From Trichosphaerium sp. ATCC 40318 (taxonomy: Eukaryota > Protista > Tubulinea): a stretch of DNA of 64,000 bases. Under the pieces are notes generated by a model that saw only the letters and a list, made by a program, of their open reading frames with translations, searched no databases and was not told where the DNA came from. The stretch covers positions 1 to 64,000 of the forward strand of contig JALMLS010000641.1 in assembly GCA_038496445.1 (NCBI GenBank). The letters are read 5' to 3'. The position numbers and the translations under genes are program-made. Below are positions 13,342 to 26,400 of the stretch, piece by piece. Each line of letters opens with the position of its first letter. Position 1 is the stretch's first letter.

Positions 13342-13895
13342 ATGGAAAAGAAAGAAAAAAAGACAACTACCAAAAAATGTTATCTATTGCACCTGCCAGT
13401 GGAGCTACATGCATGTATTATTGATTTAGACCATGATGTATACAAAAAATGGCCTATTTTAAATAAATATGCAGCAATGACTTCAAGGTTTGACTAGATT
13501 TGAAGAAACATGGTAAGTGGTCAAGAAAAAAAAGACACTTTTTGGATTGGGGTTTGTGGGATAATTTGAGGACAGAGTGTTGGTTTTTACATGACAAACT
13601 TGATGGTGAGTGCAAACTTTGGAAAAACGGTGTTTTGATTTACACGCGTCAGTACATCAATGGCAGATTACATGGTGATTACAAGTCTTGGTGCTGTTTT
13701 GGACAATTGCTTAAGCATTTTCAGTACGTCAACGATCTATTAGAAGGAGAATACAAGGAGTGGTATTATACAGGTCAACTATCGATTCAGTGTTATTATG
13801 TTGCTGGTGTTATTCACGGAGAGTACAAGAAATGGCGTATAGACGGTACATTAGTGGAACAATGTAAATATGTGTACGGCGAAAAAGAGAAATAA
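13342..13895 (+). pseudogene. F-box-like + MORN-variant repeat protein, frameshifted (1 nt missing) at about 13495
   Basis: ATG13342 gives MEKKEKKTTTKKCYLLHLPVELHACIIDLD...WPILNKYAAMTSRFD* and then (D)LKKHGKW...MORN repeats in the -1 frame; the intact paralog at 17384-18011 reads TRFDEELNKHGKW. Confidence 0.75.
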
Positions 13896-14593
13896 TAATT
13901 GTCACACACGTGAAATACCATTAGATTAACGTTTGTGTAAAATTTTACGTAAAAATGACCTTTTTCTTGAATTCACAGGCTTGCCTTACAGCGTTTAATC
14001 GATGGTTAGTAGTAAATTCGATACAGATAACCAGGGAGGCTCTTTAGTAGCAAGAACTTTCGCAAAACTGAAGTAACGTGATTCTTACTTTTTTATGAAC
14101 TAAAGACAATATAACGAACTGCGAGTGAACCTGCAGTACTGCAACCCAAAATGTCCTACTTTCATGTCTAGCAGTGGATGTTGCGAAGGTTGGGACACAT
14201 ACGACTAATAAGTTTGACTTTCATGTTTCATTTAACCGCCAGTTAGCGCGGTTTTTTTCTTTACAGTGCTTTCTTCTTCCTCACCGGCTTGTGTAACTCT
14301 AAGATATCAAGTAGGGTATATAGCAGTGCAACTCGTTTTCTTTTGATTTTCGCTTGTTGATTGCCTAAAATAGTACAATGTCCTAAGATGTCTCGGTGAT
14401 GCACGTCACTACGTATTATTACTTCAAAAATTGAGAAGTGCAACCTGGGTGATAGTACACCGCAATAAAAACCCAAAAGTCACGGAAATTCATTATCGAT
14501 ATTGGTAACGATCAGCTGCTTTCTGGCTGCTTTTACATGTATCAGACGATTGCCTAGCGTCAAAATAGCTGTTTAATTGTATTTGTGTTGAAA

Positions 14594-17101
14594 ATGCCTC
14601 AAAAAGGGAAAAAAAAGGGTGGATCTAAGAAGCCATGCGAAGGTACATAATTTTTGATGGTTGTTTGGTACAATCTGTATTTAAATTGTTTTTTTTTTTT
14701 TACACAGGTTTTGTATTCTGCCTCAGCGGTGTTCTATCTGAAACAAAAGCGCTACTGACGAACAAAATCACTCGTAACGGTGGTAAGTAGGAAAAACCTT
14801 TCAAAATACTATCATCAACTCTACAATGTATTCTCTGTTATCCAGTGAGTTCTAACGTCTGGTTTTTTTTTTTTGAAACAGGCGTAGTAAAAAAACACCT
14901 ATCAAGTGCAGTAAATATACTCATATCAACAGAAGACGAGGTTAGTCTACAAAGTAACAAAGTAGAAAAGGCAAAGCTGCTCTCTGTACCAATTGTTCAC
15001 GAAGACTATCTTTTCGAGCTACTCGCTAGAGAAAAGCCTTACCTTGAGGATTTTTTACTTTACGACGAGGAATATGAAGAATATGAAGAATATGAGGAAT
15101 ATAAGCAGCGAGAGCACGTGCCAAAACCGAAAAAAAAAGTTACAACGAAGAAACCCACCAAAAATTACGCAAGTACACGGAGGGGAGTTAAAAGAAAATT
15201 AGATGATAGTCGTACGTGCGAAGCCATTCTAGACGAGATTTATCAAGAGCGCAAGGTGATTTAACTTTTTTTTTTTTCGATTTTTTGCTTTCAACGGCTA
15301 AAACCTTTTTCTTTGTACTGACTCTACAAAAAAAAGGGTAAAAACCGTAAAACTATTTTAACGAGGTTATCTGGAGAGTTTTATACAGCTATTCCTCTTA
15401 AACTTGGTCGAAGTAAGGCATTGTCTAGCGCTTCTGTAAAATCAACAAGGAAAGGGAAGAGTGAATTGGTTCAGCTTGTTAATGATGTCGTTAACGTATG
15501 TTTTTCGGTTTTGGGTTTTATTTTTTTTTTGGCTACTTGCCGGCCATTCTACAACGTTTTACAAAAAGTCAGGTAAACTCCTGTGAAAGAGGAGATGCAC
15601 CATATGCGGAAGAATTAGATGCTAAATACAAGGCTCTTGGTGATGAAATCAAACACGTAATATTTTTTTCCGCCTTGGCGTTACGTGACGTTTTGTACTG
15701 ATTTTTTTTCCCTTTCAATAGCTTAAGCGTAACAGCGCTGAATGGAAAAAAGTTATGACCCAGTTGGTATTGATGCAAGACCAAGACAAAAAAAATACAA
15801 TATCTAGGCCCTCTATGGTATCAATAACTGTACGACAGGATATTTAAGAAGTAATCAAGATCTAAAAGCGAGATAGTGTCCTGGATTGGGTAAGAAGGCT
15901 CATTTGTGTGTAGAAGCGGAGAGATGCTTAAGATGCGGTATTGAGCTCCATAAGGATCCAGGATTTGCAGAAAAGAGTTGGTACGTTTACTCTTATGGAA
16001 AAAGCCCAGGTGGACTCACATTAACGAATTCGTTAGGCTACGCATTGTTTACGAGGCTGTAAAGTGTCTTCATAATGAGCGGCAACCCCACTCCAAGTTC
16101 TTCCATTACAAGCGAGATATATGTAGTTATATAGATAAACACTGGAGTGCTCTGTGTCCACAAAAGAAACGTACGTGCACTGTTTAAACTAACACGTAGT
16201 AAAATTTGGCTACGTAGTTGAGCAAAACGCGCTTTATTGTGATTCTTACTGTATTTAGGGACGTCCACTTGGAATAATACGGTGTCTGCTGTTATTACAA
16301 CTCATAGAGGCATATTTCAGTCAAATCAGAAACAATCAGGATTTTGGACGCTAAGGCCAACTTCTGAGGATGATCTTTATGACACAGTTGGTTCAGAGTC
16401 CCCGAATAATCACGAAGTTCATTCGCTTGCTTCACCACAAAAACTGCACTCACCAAAGAGAAAATCGCAGGGTACGCGTTTTTTCATGTCTCACTTGAGG
16501 AAAAGACCGGTTCACAACAGTTTGTCCTGAACCTTTCTGAAAAAAAGCTTGTTACTGACTTATTCTGACTTTTTTTCTTTTTCAAAAAGATATGTACTAC
16601 GATGAGTTTTGTGAAGAAGATTTGGTTGTATCACCTCCTCAACCTTTACGTAAGAGAAGAAGGTATAAAGAAACACCAGATATATGGTTACGATCAACAC
16701 CACAAAAGAGAAAATCAAAAAACCCGAAAACAATTGAGATAGTCGTACCTGAATACTTGTATGAGAAGGCAATGAAAGATATGGAAAATATACGTACAAT
16801 ACCTGATGATATATTGGTACCAACTTGGAGACCAGTCAAATGCTACAGGAGCGAGTGCTCAAAACTTTTAAAAAAAAAAGAATTCATGAAAAAACAAAAA
16901 ATGGATATTGATCGCTTTGATCCTCTTGAAGACTTCTATAGCTTTTGTCCACAAGAAGAAAATATGTATGATAGTGATGGTAATATAGTACAAGAGAAGA
17001 GAGAACGTTTTGAAGATGAGTTTTATCATAAATTGCATTCTCCTTATGAACAATGGGAAAGAAGGAACCTAAGGCCCAAAAGAGAGGAGATACGGTTTTA
17101 G
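14594..17101 (+). CDS. Chimeric nuclear protein: BRCT + PARP regulatory-like helical domain + ASH2-like winged helix + PEHE-like motif (multi-exon)
   Basis: GFVFCLSG...ITRNGG...KVEKAKLLSVPIVHEDYL (BRCT); LTRLSGEFYTAIP...LDAKYKAL (PARP_reg); SWLRIVYEA...FFHYKRDICSYIDKHW...TWNNTVS (ASH2 WH); ILVPTWR...EDEFYHKLHSPYEQWERR (PEHE). Confidence 0.65.
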
Positions 17102-17383
17102 ACAAAAACTGATAAACATTGATCAATAAAAAAAAAAGCAAAAGAAAATCGAAACAATAAAAATACCAAACCCTTGTACACTAATAACAGACTTGCAATT
17201 TGATTTATACACTGGAAATGTTGTTTTTTTTTAGTAGTAGACTACTCTTGAAAGTACAACACATTGCAGCCCATTGTGAGCAAGCTTACGCTAATCCATC
17301 GTGCTTTTTGCAGAAGGTACTTCAATCATTGTTTAAGTTATTTTTGTACATCTTGAAATCTGTTTGTTTTAAACGTTGCTAGC

Positions 17384-18011
17384 TTACAAGCAAATACATG
17401 ACATTGAGCATTGTTCATAGTGGTCACTCGCTGGTTCTTCTTCTTTCTCATAGATGTAAAAACCTTGTGCTTTAAATTGACCATCAATACCCCACTGTTG
17501 AAACACACCATCCATAACGTCATTGGTGTAATTACCTTTCTTTGCAATTTGACCATTCGGGAAAAACTGCCTAAACTCACCCTCTAGTTTGCCTCTCTTA
17601 TAGTTCTTAGATAAAACTAAACGGCCTTCATCATACGCCTTGTACTCTCCATCTAGATTACCATCGACATAATTCAAAGTAAAAGATAGGATATTATTTA
17701 CGTATATCCTTTTTTCTCCATGAAGTTGGCCATGCTTCCAGCTCTCTTCATATCGCCAATTTCTTTTCCATTTGTTTATCCGCTTGCGTATCCACTTGCC
17801 ATGTTTGTTTAACTCTTCATCAAACCTCGTTGTTATTGCTGTATGTTTTGATAACAAAGGCCACTTTACTTGTACTTCAAAGTCAATGTCTATCATATCG
17901 AGATGAAGTTCCACAGGAAGACGAAGAAGTTGACAATCTGATTTTGGTTGTGGCTATTTTATATGAAACGAAGCTAATTGGCTTATTATGTACCTCATTT
18001 ATTAGTTCCAT
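17384..18011 (-). CDS. F-box-like + MORN-variant repeat protein (intact; one short 5' intron)
   Basis: MELINE|PQPKSDCQLLRLPVELHLDMIDID...WPLLSKH...HGKW followed by G..HGE..Y..NG type MORN repeats. Confidence 0.8.
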
Positions 18012-18372
18012 TGATAAAGTTTTAGCCTTTGTACTGTATTTACAATAATGTGCCACGCGTACTAAAATTGAACTGAAATTGTATGGACAATAATCACGTG
18101 CCTTTTTGTTGCTTTTTTCGTACGTGCTGAATTAATAAGAACGACTTAAGTGTAAACGACCATAAGCTAAGATCGTGCGGAACGGCAGTACCTCACTTTA
18201 ACGGTTTTAAACAATTTGGCCGATGATAAACGTGTGTACTGTACGTTTCGAAATATTATTCTATTCAAAAGATGGCCTTTATTGTCGCAAAAGTCCACAC
18301 ATAAACACTGACAAGGTGTTTAGACGTTAATATAAATTAAAAAAACGCCAAGGAACTTCACTAAACGAAAAG

Positions 18373-19599
18373 ATGATTTGTAATAATGCAGGAAGACTTA
18401 ATTCAACTGGAGGTTGCGTATGCTTACAATTTTTTACAGGCACGTGCTTCTTTTTTTTTCTCAGTTATTTGACAAAAAAAAAGGGACTCAGTGTGAGAAC
18501 AATTTAGCGGATGTCTTGGGACCGCATACTATGATGTATTTTCAAATAGTGGGCGCAATACTGTGGGGCAGTCTATTGTTTATGTTGGTTCCAATGATTA
18601 TCATTCAAAGACCTCGTTGTCAGTATATTAGTGGACTTCAGTTCAGCTCTATTTTCGCAGCAATTGCTGGTAAGTATCTAAGTCCTTTCACTGTTTCTCT
18701 GATAAGCTAGTACGTTTGGTATGGCTTGGGATAGATCCATACTCGCAAAGAGGTGTCATGCCACCAATAATAGATGCTGTACTACAGGCTATGGGCGTAT
18801 CACTCGTGTACGCTATCGTTCTTGTTGATACCGAATCCAACTTTTACAACTAGGTTTGCTGCTTGGCTTCTCATGATGGCCCAGTTCTCTAGTGCCTTAT
18901 ATATACTATACGATTACAAGTTTAAAATATTTAAAGTACTCAGAACGCTATTGATGGGTTTATGCCTGATCATAGCTGGGACAGAAATAACGATCTATGT
19001 GCTTCATGTTACTGCTACCCAAGATACTTTCTTGTGGGGAATCGATTACGGTATTGTTGCCTTTTTTATAGGAGCATGTTTACTTCTTGGCGCAGCAATA
19101 GGAGCTAAAGTACTTCGGATTCCACGTAATTTTAGAAAATCAGCTCAAGTAACTGGTATTTTACAGAGGGTAAGAATCCTTCTTATTTTTTTCCGTTTTT
19201 TTTTACCTACTAAAAGTGTTAAGGTAAATTTAGTGTAACCTTACTTAAATGTCTATGAATTTTGTTGAGTTTGTGTTTTTATTATTCTCATGGGTGTTAA
19301 CTTATTCGTGTATTAAGGTGTGGACATTTTTACTTCTTGGTGGCGTGATGGCAACGATTGAAATAATTTCTGTCATTTTACTTGCAGAAAGAGCAAACCT
19401 TGGTATTTTCTCTTCTCAAGGACTTAAAGAAGATACAAGAGCGAAGTTTATAATGCAATGTATTATAAGATCGGTAGAATGGGCTTTATGCGCATTGATA
19501 GCTTTATTGAAGTTTTGGAGACTTAAGAAAACAAGATCACATCAAAATGTTGATAACTATCATTCAATATATACAGACCACACCACACTAAGCCAATGA
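18373..19599 (+). CDS. Multi-pass (7TM-like) membrane receptor with an N-terminal EGF-like motif
   Basis: MICNNAGRLNSTGGCVCLQFFT|GTQCE formed across a GC-AG intron (18440-18483), followed by several hydrophobic helices. Confidence 0.65.
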
Positions 19600-19661
19600 A
19601 TGCCTTCTAAATACAATTGTTTTCCTTTGTACATTATTACTGTTACGTTAGTTTTCCTACT

Positions 19662-21750
19662 CTATAGGGACTCATCTTCATCTACATCTCCTGGTTTTGT
19701 GTTATGTACAAGACTTGCAAGTTGTTGTGCTTTTACTGCAGCTGCCGCTTTTTTCTTTTTTTTCATTTCCTTCTTGTTCTTTCTTGCTTTTTTCTTTGAT
19801 GTTACAGTATCTGTGGTACCTATTGCGCTTGGTGGTCTAATACAAGGCCCAGATGCATGTGATTCTACAAGGGAAGACTCTTCAGTTTCTTGTGAGTCTT
19901 CATCTTCCTCTTCTGACATTTCTAGAATGAAAGAATTGTGGTCTTTTACCGCTGTTTTTATGATATCGTCATTAGCCAAAACCTCAGTAGAGCTACCTCC
20001 CGTTGTCACAACGCGGTTTGTGCTGCTAGCTCTAAAAAACGTAGTCAGGTATTTGCTACTCTCACTTTTTTCTTACTTTTTTGCTTGTCCTTCCAAAGTC
20101 CAGAAAAGGCGAAGTACTGGCCACGCAAGGTATATAAGCACGACACATGCTGTGAATTCTAAAACAAGGCCTGTAAAAGCGAGAATAAAAGCGAATGTGT
20201 TGTATATTAGCTGAGCTTTAATCAACGCTTCATGTCTTTCACTAAATAACGTCATCAATGCAACGAACAGAAGTGACAATTTTCGTACAATAAAAGCTCT
20301 AGAAGAGGATCCTTTGCGCTTAGAACTTGAGTCATATTTCCAAACCAATGTACAGCATTGACAGTCAAAGAATTATTTATACCAATACTCTTTGCGGACT
20401 AAGACAGTTAGCCAAAAGTATTTGGCAAAAAAAATAAAAATCCTTGCATCAAGTGCAATTTGTCTCCACTCATCAGTCTTATTCAAGGCAATAACAACAT
20501 CAGGCTTTGCCTGAATGCAAATAGAAGGGTTAGATAATGTATTTGAGAGACTAGGTGTTTAATCGTACGAGTAATTCTTTGCTAAACTGACGTTCGTCTT
20601 CTTTAAGCAAAATATCCATTTCGTGTCGATGTTCTTCTTTCAAAACAAGAACCCTCAATAGATTATTATATTCCTCCCTATCTCGGAAATAACCTAATGC
20701 GACTATGAGAACACAAGATCACAACGTTCAAAAAAAACAACGTACCTTGCTGAAATACCAAACTGAGAGCACCACGTTCGTACGCTGTGTATTCATTCAA
20801 CTGAAACAAAAAAATCAAAACAACTCATGTGACATTATTGTATTTTTCAAGCTGCGGTAGGTTGTTTTGATGTTAAAAGAGCGAACGTACTAAGTTGAAG
20901 CGAACAATAGCCAATAATTGACGACTGGATTGCTCAATGTCCGTGAAGCTCTCACGGAGACCAAAATCAAACAGCTGTCTGTTTAAATCCGTGTAGTAAG
21001 CAAGCGAATTAGTACCCGATACTTCCAGATCAGAGATCTATGCAGTAGGTAAGATTTTGAAAGGCATCTGTGCGTGTGTGTACGCAAAATCCGCAATGAA
21101 TCCATACCTTTATTCTATACGCATTGAGCGTTTCTAGGGACTCTAATGCTTTATCCAAGATAGCATACTTGATAGGGACGCTATCACGGTCTTTTCGGAG
21201 TCTGTACACTTGATCGTCCACCGTTCTCCTTGCAGTAACTAAAACAGGGTATTAGTTAAAAAAGAAGAGTTGTAGACTTGAGTACTCAATTCGGATTTTG
21301 ATACGGTGCCATTACTCGCAATGAATAAGGAGCTAAGACCTCTTTCTACCCCGATAGCAGCAGTGACATCGACTGTATCGCTTATGAGTTTCTCCCTGCT
21401 TCGATAAACGCTCACGTTGTAGATATCCGCCGTGATTGTCAAAAAAAAGTAAAAGAAGATAACTGCGCTTGCAATACCTAAAACAGACCAAAATTAGTTA
21501 GAAAGAATAACAACACCATATAGCTTTGCAATTAAATAGGTTAAAGCGTTATAGCTTTCCATTCTATAAAAACAAAATCTAGGCGCGGAAAAACAAATAG
21601 ACCGTACCTACAAGCGCCCGAAATATTCCTGAGCGTAGACGTGTCCTTACAGCGCGTTGACTCTTATTCCTTGCTGGTATACATCCACATAATAGGTTGC
21701 ATTGATAGAGTACCATTATTACTTACTCTGATTGTTAAAACGACTATCTG
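19662..21750 (-). CDS. Two-TM membrane protein with an extracellular NIT (nitrate/nitrite-sensing)-like domain and a short low-complexity tail; 5' end uncertain
   Basis: TM GIFRALV|GIASAVIFFYFFLTI; AIGVERGLSSLFIASNG...TARRTVD...LETLNAYRIK...AYYTDLNRQL...YERGALSLVFQQGYF; second TM AFILAFTGLVLEFTACVVLIYL. Confidence 0.6.
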
Positions 21751-22393
21751 AAGGTTTATTGATGAGTTGTTGTAAAAGAGGTATTTAAAGCGAAAAAATG
21801 ACTAGTTTTAGGTTGCTTTATCTTGTGCAGCATTGTAGTATACTAAATAAAATAATCAACATGCTATGGAGATAAAAAAACAAGACGTATATAGAATAAA
21901 AGGTTTTGATTATCTAAATAAGGCATGTCAATATAAAAAAAAGTCAGAAGTTCGAATAAATCAGTTTTTTGTTTGGTTTATTTTTAAACTCTTGTTTAGT
22001 TCTCTCTTAACGTACCCGTTTCCAATGACGATAACGTTGATCAAGAAAAAGGCTGTTAAAGTAAAGAAAAGCAATCGGTTGGTTTGTGGTTGAAACATCA
22101 AACATCTACCAGTGCTGTGTAACTACTTTCTGAGCGTTACCGCCTGCGAAACGTTAGTACGACTGTTTATATTGTAGACTGAGGTCACCAAGTGACTGGC
22201 ACGTACTGCATTCCGTTACCATCTGACGTGATCTAATGTCATGATGCAGCTGAGTCTATCCTTAAATAGAAGGCTACAGTATTTTCTATAGTTTCCTTAT
22301 CTTGTGATGATGATAATTAAATAATATCTCTTTATTACATAAAGCTAACAGCGTCGTGCGGCTCTTTCAACAGAATAAACAAAAAAAATTGTT

Positions 22394-23276
22394 CTATTCT
22401 GCTTCAACAGCTTTTTTCTTCTTCTTGGATTGACGTGCTAGTCTTTTCTCTTCTTTTGCTGCACGCTCTTCAAATGTCTTTTCAATAAGTTCAACAATAA
22501 CAGCTTGGTGTTCTTCTTCAAGATTCTCCCAACCATCAACATCATCAGGCTCCTGAATGATATTTTCGAGTTTTTTTGCGTTTATGAATTTTTTGAGTAT
22601 GCAATCTGGATGAAACCTATTGATGACCTTATGTTAATGATAAAGCCCAAGGTATTGATGAATAATGGAAGCCAGTATACGTACCATTTTGGTCTGTAAA
22701 CTCCAGCATGAAAAGTGGCATACTTGTTACCAATACGCAAACTTCCTTTTTCGATCCTTGGATTAGGACATTTTGCGCCAAGACCGCACTATTAGGATGA
22801 TGTGTCACATTCTTGTTTGATAAACAGGTATGGGGTATTGACATACCTTTGAACGAGCATTTTGAGCTATGTCTGCCATGAATTTGCGATCCTCAGATGC
22901 AGGTGCATCATTTGTCCATGGAGTTTGCGGGCGGCGTCCACTAGAGCCTGAACTAGGCGTGTCCTAGCAATTAAGAGTTGGTTTCAACGCGTTTGAAAAC
23001 TAGGTGGTTATTTTCATTCAAGTTGGTTGTATACGCTGCCACCGCGTAGAGCTACACAATTCTATGCGTACATTTCCTTCAGGGTCCCAGTCGCCATCTT
23101 CACGAAGAAATACGCCAGTGTGGAAACTCTTTGCGGATATACGATGTACTCGTGTATTCAAAGGTACTACGCGCGTTTCTGCAAATACGTCATTAATATT
23201 GCGTAAATAACCTAGTTAGTGTCTCAATATACGTACGACGCGCTAACAAACTGGAAGAAGACAATCGCACAAGCAT
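22394..23276 (-). CDS. Small stand-alone PARP-type zinc-finger protein with a predicted mitochondrial presequence (5 exons)
   Basis: MLVRLSSSSLLARRYLRN...SAKSFHTG; AQNARSK|CGLGAKC...IEKGSLRIG...W|FHPDC...DDVDGWENLEEEHQAVI. Confidence 0.75.
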
Positions 23277-23410
23277 TACAACAGAATGTTATTCTTCCTC
23301 GCTAATTTCTGTATTGAAGTGACACTACTGCCAACTTTACTGATCTGAGCTTACCAAGGCGATGCGAACTACTTTGACTTGTTTTTTTTGTTGTGGTTCG
23401 TCTTGCAACC
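23277..23410. promoter_or_regulatory. Putative bidirectional promoter between the zf-PARP gene and FANCJ (134 bp)
   Basis: Divergent start codons at 23276 (-) and 23411 (+). Confidence 0.5.
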
Positions 23411-26400
23411 ATGCAGCGCGAAATAATGATTGGCGGTGTCAATATTTCGTTCCCGTATAAGCCGTACCCTTCTCAATTAGCAATAATGAGCCAAGTAATT
23501 CAGGTACGTTCAAATTACGCGCTTCGCTTTGGAAATGCCGTAAGGTTTGCGCAAACCTTTAACATGCGCGTGTGGATAGTACAGGAGTGGCAGAATTCGC
23601 AATTTTCCTCGCTCATTTAAATATTTGAATTGTAACGTGTTATCTGTTGACACTCACGTAGGCGCTGGAGCATTCACAGCACGCGCTCATAGAGTCGCCA
23701 ACTGGTACTGGAAAGTCTCTATCACTATTATCAGCTACACTAGGCTGGCAGGTACCCATTTGCTATTAAAAGTGTTTGTAAAACAGCAAACGCTTGTGTA
23801 ATTTATGTTATTGTCACTACAGTTGTGAACGCGTTTACTAACGTATGTTAGAAAGCGTACTTGCGTAAACAAATGGCCAACCAGGCTAAAGCGCCTGTAC
23901 CTACTCCTGCAGCCAAAAAAACTCCAAAGTCCGTAAAAACCTCCAAGCATGTAAATGTTGAGTTTGAGGTGCGTAGAGTAAGCTTACAACAAGGTCTAAC
24001 AGTCGTTTCTGAAGAGAAAATCACCTGTCAAAAAAAAGAAAAAGAAATCTGTGATTGACCTGTGTGATAGTGACTCGGAGGATGATTTTAAACCATCAAA
24101 ACGTTACACATCGCTTCACAAACGAAAATTATCTAAAAGTAAAGAGCGTTCAAACAGTAAAGCAAGAAAGAAGCAGAAGTCTCCTCAAGGTAAACCAGCC
24201 CGTAAAAAAGTAGAACGAAAGGCTAGCAAGGAATCTGTAATACCAGTCAAGCCTATAGACAAAGTTAAAATTTACTTTGGCACAAGGTAGGCGTTTTGAG
24301 AAGACAATTTTTTTCTTCTTTTTTTCCATCTAGGAAAGAATTTAATCTTTTTTTTCCTCTTTAGGACTCATGCACAAGTTACTCAAATTGTCCGTGAGCT
24401 AAAGAAGACAATGTATAGACCACAAATGGATGTTTTATCGGCTAGGTTAGAGTCACTCAGTATAGATTAAGGTGTGGAAGTCTTACAACGTAAAATTAGG
24501 AAACAGTACTGTATTCATCCTGAGATATCTATTCAGAGGGATAAAAATACTGCGTGTAAGCGCCTAATGGCTACAGAAGAAGGATGTTCATTCAAGGTTC
24601 TTAAAAATCACTATTATAAAGATATATGAATTTACTGGGTATTTAGAAACGTTACAGGTCTTTGATTATGGCTCCTTCACCAATACTTACCGGCGGTGCT
24701 CATGAAGTATGGGACATTGAGGATATGCTACTTGTTGCCGAGAAACATAAAGTACGTTTTTGAAAATCATGATGAAGTCGAGTCAATTTTTTTTACTTAT
24801 CATTGATAGGCTTGTCCTTATTTTACTGCAAAAGGCCTTATACCTTATGCAGATATTGTATTTTGTCCGTACAATTATATTGTTGATCCTGGGATAAGGT
24901 AGCAAACAAGAAAAAGAAGTGGCACTAAATTTATTCATAGACACTCCATGGGTATCACACTCAAGGATAATATTGTGATAATCGATGAAGCACAGTACGT
25001 TCTTTCCAAAAATAGATACAAACACGTGAGTTGATGCGTTACTAACTTAAAGTTTTTAAGTAACATTGAAGATGTTGTACGTGATGCTTTGAGTATGGAT
25101 ATTCCTCTATCTGACTTGACAAGTACGTGAGACAGCTATAATCATATAGTAATTAGCTTACTCGTTTCATAGCGACAAGCGACGTGTTGTTGAGTATTGT
25201 AGATGCGTACCCAGCACTTCTTGGTGTTAGTAGCGTACGATCTTTTTTTGCTTTGTATCAATTTACGTTGTCAGGCTATTGGTGGTATTCTTGAATGGGC
25301 AGAATCTGCTTTAGAGCGTCTACAACCCTCTGGATTTGAGAAAGATACTCTTATAATAAATGCTTCGGAGTTTAAGGACATGCTGGCTATGCTAGGGTTA
25401 ATTCCTAGCAACATCGAAAGTTTAGAAAAAGGTATGTTCTTGCATGAACTCTTGTGGAGTCACCCGTTGTCTAAAGATCTTCTTCACATTCTTTAAATGT
25501 AAAACATCAATAAGACTGTATAGCCTGGTATTTCTGACACTATTTGATGTAGCTGTTGATAAAGCCATGGATGACTATGATGGTGATTTGGATGGTACTG
25601 CTGTAATGACAATTGAAGGGTTGTATCGGTTGTTTGTTCAGATGTTGGCACCATCATTTGATTATTTAAATGACTACAATATAGTCATTGCAAGGAACAA
25701 GGAACAACGTGGAAACGGTAAGCTCTAAGTCTTTTTTTGTCTTTTATTTTTCTGACGATTGTTTAGGTTTTATGTTTATACCTTACCTTCATTTATGGTG
25801 TATGAACCCTGCAGTAGGATTCAAAGCACTCAAAGAAGCTAGATCGGTTGTTTTAGCTTCAGGTACTATCGACGTTTTTTACGCTGTTGCAAAACAAAAC
25901 ACTAAAAATACCGATTTAGGTACACTTCATCCTCTAAATTCTTTTGGACCTGAGTTGGATTGCAAGTTTGATAGGTTACTTAGAGCGCCACATAGTGCGT
26001 TACTTATATCCCCGACCACATTTTACTGAGTTATAACACTTTTCTTAGTTGTACCAGCAGCGAATAGACTTGCTCTTGTTGTTCCTACTTCAAAGTTTAC
26101 TTGGCAATCAAGAAATAGTTTTGATGTTACAGATAGCTTAGGAAGAGATATTTTAAACATTATTTCTAACGTACCTAATGGTGTACTATGCTTCTTTCCT
26201 TCATATCATTACATGAACAGATGTATGACACGGTGGAAACAGACAAACTTGTGGTAAAGTGTTCATCCAGTATTTTTTTCTGATTTTTTTCTGCGAAGGT
26301 TTACGCTTTCACAGACGAAGCATATTCTTCTTGAACCACGTAGACAAGGTGTTGAGTTCAAAAAATGTATAGATAAGTATTATAAACATGCTAAAGCAAG

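Noticed and set aside
12725-13366. Possible small minus-strand gene between the cyclase and the first MORN gene
   Set aside because: Intron-like signals are present, but I could not assemble a stop-free product
15061-15103. GAATATGAA x4 microrepeat (YEE repeats)
   Set aside because: Simple coding low-complexity linker
19600-20214. 204-aa + strand ORF and similar shadow ORFs (3822-4103, 35189-35491, 44313-44711, 53454-53786)
   Set aside because: Antisense shadows of real exons on the opposite strand
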